The notes beneath the pieces were generated by a model that saw nothing but the letters and a program-made list of their open reading frames with translations, had not been told where the DNA came from and did not search any database. Position numbers and translations under genes: made by a program. A DNA stretch of 64,000 nucleotides from Chrysomallon squamiferum (taxonomy: Eukaryota; Animalia; Mollusca): NCBI GenBank assembly GCA_012295275.1, contig CM022666.1, positions 8,432,001 through 8,496,000 on the forward strand, given 5' to 3'. Positions 54,561-64,000 of this stretch are shown here, piece after piece. The stretch's first letter is position 1. Every line of letters starts with the position of its first letter.

Positions 54561-55615
54561 TATGAAATCCTAAGCTGGACAAGGTTATTTTGAAATGGAA
54601 ACTTTTGAACTGTAATTGTGAGAACCTAACCTTTGTTAATTTTTGTGACCAAACTTTTAATTTATTACCAGGAGACATTATGAATTTTTAGAAATTTATT
54701 TGACCATTTTCATATACATATATTTTTTTTTTTGATTTAAATGTCTTGATATTTTAAGGTTCCAGCCATAACTTGTTTAAATTATGTCCAAATTGTACAT
54801 GTTTATCATTTTTGTAGTTCTGGAAGAGAAATAACAATACAGTGAAGCACAGGCAACTGGAGACTGTGAGTGTTAGAATACATTAAAACAGTGATGGAAA
54901 TTTAGAAAAAATAAATTTATAATTACTTTTTCAATTAAAAAATACATTATTTTCTGTTTAAATTAGATTTTTGTCATTTTTTATTTGAAAATTTTCTTTA
55001 ATAATGTTTCAAAATATTGCATAATTTAGTACACTTCACTACTGTGATGATAAAACATTTTCATATATTATGCGAATACCTTTTATTGTTTTATTCAAAA
55101 CAGTTTGCACTATTTTTATATATTTTTATAAATTATCAATTCAGGCATTATTATTTGAATTATGATGATGGTATTATATTTATTGTTTGAAGCAATGTCA
55201 TTAATAAACATTTATCAGCACCTCTCAATTTAATTACTTACATGCATTATTGTAAATTATTTAGAAATTATTTTACGAAATATGTTGTACAGTTATTTGA
55301 TTTAGTAATAATTATTTTAGTAACTGTTGGACAGTAGTTTGTAAATAACTGACTCTTGTTGGAAATTGGTTGGATGAAAAACTGATCAGGGGTAAAAAAA
55401 AAAAAAATCAAAAAAAAAATCAATATTGTTCTATATTAGTTTCACTGGTTCTCATTAGAATGTAGTTGACAGTTATGAAATCACAAAATATTTTTATTTA
55501 TTTATTTTTCTATAAAATCAAAATATTCCACAATGAAACTGCAATTGATGTAATTATTTTTTAGAATTATCATCAGTGTATAGTCATTATTCATTTATTT
55601 CAAATAATCAAAAAG

Positions 55616-55721
<106 letters not shown>

Positions 55722-56780
55722 TTTGTTTGGTAATATATTTGTGTTAAAATATTTTTATACATTTTTGTATGCTGTAAATTCCACCATTACATAAAGAAAT
55801 TTGAATGTAATGTCACATTCCATGTTATTGGCTGAAAATGGTGCAAAAACAAAATTCATAAAAATAAAAAATAAAACTAAAACTATTCATGATAAAAAAA
55901 TTTTGACTGGTCACTTACCAACTTTGATGAGTTATTCAGAGTTATTTTTCTTGAATATCTAAGTACCTTTAATAAAATCTGCTTCCACCAGTCCACTGAG
56001 TTGAAGATATATTTTATACACATGTTCACAGGTCCAAAATGTCTGATATTGTGAAAACTGCTTTTCCTGTTTTTATAACTCATAATTCATAATATACAGG
56101 AATTACAAAAAATTCTCATTTGTATTTAAATTTTCAGTGTTTATAAATTGTTAGTATTTACATATCTGTGTGTATATAGATTGCATTTTGAAAAATGTAT
56201 GTTACTTTGTGTAAAATGATTTTTAATAAATATTATGAATATTTTACTGTTTTTTATTTATATATGTTTTACACATGAACACAGATTTAACTTTCCCTTC
56301 CATGAAATGCTTGAAACCTGAAATATGTTTATAATTTCATAAGCACACTTACAGTTATTCACTTAGCCAGCAGGCCGCTTTATTTAAACAAGTATTTGTA
56401 TGATAAGTCTATGCACTTTCATCATTACAACCTAAACTAGCTCAAGTATGCTGCCATTTTGAACTGAAATCTGGTTTAAATGCACACCAGTTTGATCTGT
56501 GTCAGTTAAAAAAATTATCACTTTATCTAATACAGCAAAAATAATAGTGGTAATAATGATGTCAAAAATAACAATCAAGTCAATTACTTTATTTTTAATT
56601 TAAAATGACCATATTTAACAGGTAGACAAATTTAAAATCTGTGATGTAACAATATATTAGAAACAAATACTTTAATTACAATATTTATAAAAGAAGAAAA
56701 GCAAAATAAAACAAAAAGACATGGTTAGGGTGGCACTGTTCATTAGATACATATATAATTAATGTTTATTTTAGTTTACT

Positions 56781-57974
56781 TTACTTTAATTTTTGTACCA
56801 AATACATTCCAAAATAATTCTGGTTTCCATCATTGTTAATCAACGACTGATCAGCTGTCACGTAAACCACCCCACCCTTTTTTAGCTTAAACACTCCTTG
56901 AAATGAACATATCTGCTTGCGGAAATTCCCAGACAAGAGTTTCACTGGAGATCGACCACGTGGTTCCTTATAGTATAAATAGTGATGGATTGGTTTGCTT
57001 TTGTAGCTGATTCTGCTGTAGATGTAGTAGTGACCATTAAAGGGAACAGTGACACGACTGTTGTTGTTTACCTTGATGTACCTTCTATAAACAGAGTATT
57101 CAAGCCATTCTAGCTCAGTTAGACCTTGAAGCAATAAAATAAAAGTCAAATGCAATAATGTAAAGTAATGTAATGTAATGTAAAATAAGGTAATTTAAGA
57201 TAATGTAAAGTAATGTAATGTAAGGTAAGGTAAGGTAAGGTAATGTAAAGTAATATAAAATAATGCAATGCAGTGTAAAGTAATCTAAAGTGATGTAAAA
57301 TAAAGTCAAGTCAAGTAATGTAATGTAATGTAAGTAAAGTCCATTAATCTAAAGTGATGTAAAATAATGTAAAGTACTATAATGTAAAGTAATGTAAAGT
57401 GATGTAAAATAAAGTAATGTAAAGTGATGTAAAATAATGTAAAGTAAAATGATGTAAAATAATGTAAAGTAATAAAAAGTAAAGTGATGTAAAATTAAGT
57501 GATGTAAAGTAAAGTAAAGTGATGTAAAATAAAGTAAAGTGATGTAAAGTAAAGTGATGTAAAATAATAAGAAATAAATAAACCAGTAATTATTAAATTA
57601 TGTGATACAGTAAAATGTTATCAGTTCACATTTCTGTGTAAAGTGTAAAATTCTGTATTTTATTATTAGTATACTTTTGTCAGGTATCTTGTTCGGTTTC
57701 TTATAGGAGCAATGAATGAGAGGTGTATCTTCTGACAACGCTCTCAGCTTTTCCCCATCAGACTGATTTTTGCATTGGTCTAGAAATAAATGTACATAAA
57801 TAAATAAACAAATAAATAAATAAATAAAGATCTACATGTGTGTGTCACGGATGAGTGTGTGATTGTGTGCGCGCGTCAAAGAAAATATATTTGAAAGTAA
57901 GCAGAAAAAAAAGTTTGTGACTAATAAATAAATAAATAAATAAATAAATAATATTAATAATAATAATAATAATA

Positions 57975-58040
<66 letters not shown>

Positions 58041-58118
58041 AAATAAAATAAAATTAGGAACAAGAAAGAAAGTAGAATTACGTTATCCAACAACAACAAT
58101 AAAAAAATAAAAAAAAAA

Positions 58119-58153
<35 letters not shown>

Positions 58154-59255
58154 AATAATTAATTAAAATAAAAGATGATGACTTTATACTGGTAAGTAAA
58201 TAAAATAATTTTGTTACAAACTTACCCATTTTATAATTTTTGTCAACGTACCATGTCGAATGCTGAAAGAACAATAAAAATTTTGATCTTTCACTGAAAC
58301 ACAAACATGTTATTGGTCGATTACACCCTATCCAAAATGCTTGGGACCGGAAATGTTTCGAGTTTTGGAACATAAAATTAAGATCAAAGTTTAAACACGA
58401 AACGTATTTGCATTTTGTACACAGCTTGTACACAGCTTGTACAGACAGTCTTCAGACATTTTATATAATACTGGATGACTGGATACCATCTAAAATGCAA
58501 TGCGATCCACCCACACGCAATCGCGATAGGTTAACTGGGCACCTCTGTTGTACAGTATGATATTAAATAAATAAATAAATAAACAATGATGATGATGATG
58601 ATATCCAAGTAAATGTATTTTAGATGACAGCAAGGAATCCTTTTTGTAGCCCTTACCGGACATGAAACTAGTCGCGAAGAAATGGTTGGAACGGAAAACA
58701 AACAAATGGATAAAAACACAGATAACATAATAATTAATTTAAAGCTAAATGAGTAAAACTAACTTGTGACAAAAGATCCAGAAACTGTGCAATCTTCCTG
58801 AAACAACACTGCTGTTTATCATGAATCGATCTGATTTCCTTAATAAGGCTCTCGATCCCGCCATAACGCCTCTGCAGGTCATCGCACTTGGTGCACAGTT
58901 TAAAGTTGTCTTTCAGGTTCGAGTATGGTCTGACGTAACTTACTTCGGGTTCAGGCTCTTCAACGTTCATAAACAAAACTGTCCAAACAAAAATTGCTAA
59001 CATAACTAAATTTGCAATGATCAGAATGCCGAGTTGTATTTTTAAATTTTTATATGCAATCCAGTATTTTCCTTCTTCTTTCCTTTTCTGTCTTGGCGCT
59101 GTCGGCCTTAATAAAGAAATGCTGTGGCTGGCAGGAATGGTATCTTCACGTCTCTGCGACAGTTCGGAAGTTGAACGACTATTTAGTGGTGTGATTATAG
59201 ATAGATAATCATGTTCAGATTCCTCACCTGTATCCTCTTCAAAAACGTCTGTCAT
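56781..59255 (-). CDS. TNF-superfamily ligand B, type II membrane protein, 325 aa; exons 59255-58764, 58262-58226, 57779-57675, 57124-56781
   Basis: Phases 0,1,1 and a 37-nt second coding exon, as in A2. TM IQLGILIIANLVMLAIFVWTVLF; stalk CTKC...CC; THD LEW...GHYYIYSRISY...GVFKLKKGGVVYV...NYFGMYLV. Confidence 0.9.
57150..57570. repeat. Pentamer-based simple repeat (GTAAA/GTAAT/GTGAT) in TNF-B last intron
   Basis: Visible directly in the sequence. Confidence 0.9.
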
Positions 59256-59992
59256 AGCTGAAAACTAAACAGTAATATTTAATTAACCAATATTTCAGCA
59301 ATCAATCAAACAAGCCAAAGAAATAAAAATAGTTAAACCAGAAGATATTTTAACTGTGGTAGCAGTAACAGTAGCAGTAATGGTAGATGCAATAGTAGTG
59401 ATGGCGGTAAGCGAGGTCATAGTTGCAGCAGTTGTAGTATAGTAGCAGTAATGGTGGTAGTAATACTAGAAGCAGTACATTTTGTTAGGTTCAGGATTTG
59501 TTTTTTTTTTAATTACAATTTCTACTATTATGACCACTCTTACGAAGATTACTACTACTACAACTGTTACTGCTACTACTAGTATTACTGTTGTTTCTAG
59601 TATTATTACTACTACTATTACAACTAGTATTACTGTTATTATAGTTATTATTACTTAAAGTAATATCTGTTACTAGTATTATTGCTATAACGATTACTAC
59701 TACCACTTTGTTAGTTGCTAATAGTTCACAGTTAATATTTTTATACTGTTAATACAGTTACTACAGCTACTATTACTACTATTACTATAAATGCTGCTAC
59801 TACTTCTACAATTACTACTATTATTATTATCACTATTACTACAACTACTCCTGTTACTACTACTTCGTCATTTATTACAATAATTTATTACAATAATTTA
59901 TTACAATAAATACAACAACTACTACAACCATCTCTACTACTACTACTATTTCTGCTATCACTACTATTACGACTGCTTCAATTACGTCTTCT

Positions 59993-60087
<95 letters not shown>

Positions 60088-60631
60088 GTGCGTGGTTGTG
60101 TGTGTGTGTGTGTGTGCGTGTTAGAGTCTGCTAGTCCTGTTTTTTGTTGTTGCTGGGGTTTTTTTATATTTACTACGAGAGAACGTCATAAAAACAAAAA
60201 ATCGAAGAACTAAGCAGAAATATGTCGCCAAAAAGAGAACAATCACTTACTGAAGTGTAGCTGTGAGTACGTATGTGTGTATGTGTGTTTGTCTATGTTT
60301 AGAAGATTTTTCACCATCAAATATACTTTTTAAGCAAAAAAATTAAGAAGTGTAAAACTTAGTTTACAATCACAATATCAATTTTTTATTTTTTGTTTTT
60401 AAAATGCTTGTTTGTAATAAATATACGAACAAGTCCTATTAGTATTGTTATTATTAGTAGCAGTAGTTGTTGCTGTAGTTGTAATTGCAGTAGAAGAAGT
60501 AATAATAATAGTATTACAACAGCTACTACTACTATTAGTTCTGCAACAACAACTACTACTACTGCTGCTATTACTGTTATTATTATTATTATTATGATTA
60601 TTGTTATTACTACTACTACTACTAATAATAA

Positions 60632-60662
<31 letters not shown>

Positions 60663-60682
60663 AAGAAGAGGCGATAACTCAC

Positions 60683-60988
60683 CTAGTCACTGTTAGCTCT
60701 ACTGTTATTTAACTTTTCTTTTCCGCGAAGTTCGTCATTTGACACACATTCGTATCACTTGACAGCCAGTGCTGGTAATTTCAGTGTCACGCAGTGTTGT
60801 CGACAGATAATCAATTATAAATAGATAACAGTGTAATTTCTCCAAGAAACGGAAAAGAGATCAGGTAAGACGTCCTCTACAGCGATTTTGTCGGATTCTC
60901 GTCCTACGATTATAGCCTATTCACTGTTGGAGGGCTTTTCGGAGAATTTTTTTTTTTTTCGATCGAAACTACGTCATCGGGAGTCCCC
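60683..60988 (-). promoter_or_regulatory. Putative TNF-B promoter and non-coding first exon: kappaB site GGGAGTCCCC (60979-60988), half-CRE (60971-60976), TATA-like (~60815-60823), donor TAG|GTGAGT at 60683
   Basis: Motif matches in a CpG-richer patch. The coding exon begins at an acceptor 2 nt before the ATG, so a UTR exon is required. Confidence 0.5.
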
Positions 60989-61103
60989 GACTTTTAATAG
61001 AGCAGAATACCAAGAAAAGGTTTGAAGTCAAAACGTACTCTGGTGTGTGGGGCTGTTTCTACGATTTAGTCTTCTCGTAGTTGTTTCATTTATTTATTTA
61101 CTT

Positions 61104-61156
<53 letters not shown>

Positions 61157-61491
61157 CGATAATGATGATTATTTAATTATTTATGTATTGTTGTTGTTGA
61201 CACTATCAATTTAGTAAATGTAGCAAAAGTAATCAATCACAGTGATGGGAAAAATAAACAATTAAATGAATAAATAAATAATCACACAATATAAAAAATA
61301 ATGATTTTCCTAGTCCTTGTTGAAGTTAAAGATATTCTATCACACACAAACAGAGAGACACACGGACATATATATATATATATATATATAAAAGTTCCCT
61401 GATGGAAGTAATGATAGTTATATTCAATTATATTATTTAGATATTTTAAATAATCATTTTGTAATAAATTAATATTTTCAAAAATAACATA

Positions 61492-61583
<92 letters not shown>

Positions 61584-63478
61584 AGATGTATTGTTATTTC
61601 ACGTCTGATTATTTATAAGCAGTACTATATTTTTAATTGGCATAACGACGTATTCAACGTTAATATTTAATTTTAATTCATTATGATTATTAATTAATTA
61701 ATGTATTATTTTTTATTATTACTTTTTTTTTTTTCTTAGTCATAAACGTGACGAAAGAAAACCCCCTTTTCGTCCAGGTAACTTACCTGAATTATATTTG
61801 GACTAGAGCCTCGTTTTCGAAAATGAGATAGTTAATTTCCCAAAATGTAGTCACACGAGTTAACTTCAGTTAGTAAGTATAAGTGGGCTATTTTCTATGT
61901 TTTAATTAAACATATGTTTGCCTTTTAAGTTCTAATTTTTACCTTTTTCATTACTTTTTGTTTTTATTTTGTTACATCGAACTTCGTGTTACTCATTTGG
62001 TGTGCGCCGTAGACTTTCAAGTCTGTAAAAAGAGGAAGCCGGAAGAATTTAGTCATGTTTCTAAACTGAGCGTGTTGTTTTGATGTCGTTTAATAAACTG
62101 GTGCAATAAAGCCTCAGAGAAACAAACAAAAAGCATCACTATAAGGTATGTTCTTAATTTTTGTTTGCTGTTATCTTCAAGGATAAACAAATTTTAATAA
62201 TAAATAAACAGATAATTTTTTTTTTCTATGAAATTAGAAATAGAAAGAATTTTGAGCACTTTGTTTATATAGTGTAACATCGGCGTTTCTAAGGCTGCAA
62301 TTTGAAAATTCAAACGGTGAAACTTAAATATCGATTTTGTCAAACTAATTGTCAGAGTGGATGCCAATAATCTATTTTGAACTTCAAAATTCGAGAAAAG
62401 TTATGGTGCTATTGATTTGTTTGATAGAATTTTGATGCCAAAGCTGAAATGAACAATTAGATTTTTGTAATTATGTTACGTTATCCGATCCCATAAAATA
62501 TACATAAAGTGGCATTTTGAACAATAATTTAGTTTTATGGTTTTTTTTAACAAGGAGATATAAACTTTAAAATGATACATATTTATTTTAGTTTTGTTTT
62601 GTTGGTTTGTTTGGGTTTTTTGTTTTGTTTTCTGGACAACATATATAATTATTTTCAAGAAAATTTAGAAAAAAAAAAAAAAAAAAAAAAGATTATTTCA
62701 CCTTTCTTTTATTGTTAAAATGATAATAAAAGTTCAAAATAAATTAAAAATTTCTAAAAATTCATTCATTCTGAAGCGCTTAGCGGCAGTTGCTACAGCA
62801 ACTACATGGACGACGTCGTGAAACATATCACCTGGGAGATTAGTTTAACAGTTCCGCTTATAAATGAGCCATTTATTTATTTATGTGTTTATTACTATTT
62901 TTTAAGTAACCATAAATTATTTATTTTCAAATTCAGTTTCTTTATTCATTATACTACCAGAAAATACGAGAAATACGTTTACATGTTAAAGTAAAATTTA
63001 AGAATGACATTTTCTAGATTTAGCATCAGCAAATTTGTTGACGATACAGGAAAGGTCTGTTCCATGCCGAGGTTTGTGGTCAGCTTAAGTTGGAGAGAAA
63101 TTGCTCAGTTTGATCTGATCCCTTATGCGGGCACCTAGAAAAAAGGTAGACACTTTGCATGTTACTTTTGTTTCTAGGTCAGTCACATTCTTATCCCATG
63201 TATCAACTTTTTTCATATACAGAGATAAAGATAAAACTTTCCAGGAATCTTTAAAATCAGTTCACTGATAGAAATGGTTGTTCCTTGTATGTTTTTGTAC
63301 CATAATAAATAATTTACTGTTAGCATTTAATACGTATGAATATTTCAGTTAGGATTTGCTTCTGTTTTTACTCATATTATTTTTTTGTCATCTTATTTTA
63401 TTGTATTTTGATTTAATTTATTAATTTTGTTGCTGTTGTCCATTATATTGTTTATTTATTTATTCAAGATTTACTCCT

Positions 63479-64000
63479 ATGGATGGGTTAACAATTGGAG
63501 ACTGCTTTGAGGACGGTGACGGAAGTAGTGATCGTTATGATCATATTCCGGGGAGAGGAGAAACTTCGAGAACACCTACGCGTTACAGATCATCAACAAG
63601 CAATGACCCGACCACACAAACCTCGTTCAGCATTGAGGAAAATCTGGACGAATACCCCCGGCATATGCAAAAATTCATGAAACAATACCACAGTCTTAAA
63701 ATCTGTTTTTTCATTCTTCTGATTTTAAATTCCATACTTGTCGTTCTTTATATTCTGACTGACGGTACGTTCAGTTTGAAGAATTCCACCGAACATGATC
63801 AACTGTACAATAGACTTGTAGCATACATGGACAATAAGTTGCCAACCGACAGAAAAAAAACGTTTTATTTGTGCACGACATATAAAAACCTGTTAAATAA
63901 ACTAAATTTTACGTCTAATAAAGCAATAACTGCAAATCTGAACAATATCTGCAAATCTGAACGACATCCAGGCTACTGCTGCTTCAAATCTACAGATGAT
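63479..64000 (+). CDS. TNF-superfamily ligand C, first coding exon (174 codons open to window end)
   Basis: MDGLTIGDCFEDGDGSSDRYDHI...KQYHSLKICFFILLILNSILVVLYIL...TFYLCTTYKNL...GYCCFK aligns with TNF-B (YKNLKIQLGILIIANLV...NFKLCTKCDDL...QCCFR). Acceptor at 63468 precedes the ATG. The THD itself lies outside the window. Confidence 0.75.
   Translation, partial: MDGLTIGDCFEDGDGSSDRYDHIPGRGETSRTPTRYRSSTSNDPTTQTSFSIEENLDEYPRHMQKFMKQYHSLKICFFILLILNSILVVLYILTDGTFSLKNSTEHDQLYNRLVAYMDNKLPTDRKKTFYLCTTYKNLLNKLNFTSNKAITANLNNICKSERHPGYCCFKSTDD

Noticed and set aside
63495-63680. 61-aa ORF METALRT...
   Set aside because: Alternative frame; the frame starting at 63479 is longer and homologous to TNF-B.

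Overview
AT-rich, microsatellite-dense eukaryotic (metazoan, probably mollusc; inferred) genomic DNA. Nearly all genes are spliced, so the ORF track misses or fragments them. Manual splice reconstruction shows an innate-immunity-type locus with four type II membrane TNF-superfamily ligand genes: A1 (3' part, +), A2 (complete, 305 aa, +), B (complete, 325 aa, -) and C (first coding exon only, +, head-to-head with B, absent from the ORF track). There is also a relic of a further TNF paralogue, a 3-exon CARD plus coiled-coil gene (-), and a 14-exon Dictyostelium cAMP-receptor-like (CrlA/GCR1/GPR157-type) 7TM gene with two paralogous alternative last exons. GPCR intron 1 holds a hATw-like DNA transposon with its own deletion derivative nested inside it (two independent 7-bp TSDs). 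Main observations: (i) all three distinct TNF cytoplasmic tails keep an acidic YxxI motif, suggesting reverse signalling; (ii) a conserved palindrome plus kappaB non-coding module lies near divergent TNF genes; (iii) an IRF-site minisatellite sits inside a TNF intron; (iv) two minisatellites grew from a splice acceptor and from a stop-codon region; (v) the GPCR has switchable C-tails, one ITIM-like. All family assignments come from motif recognition by eye, not database searches.
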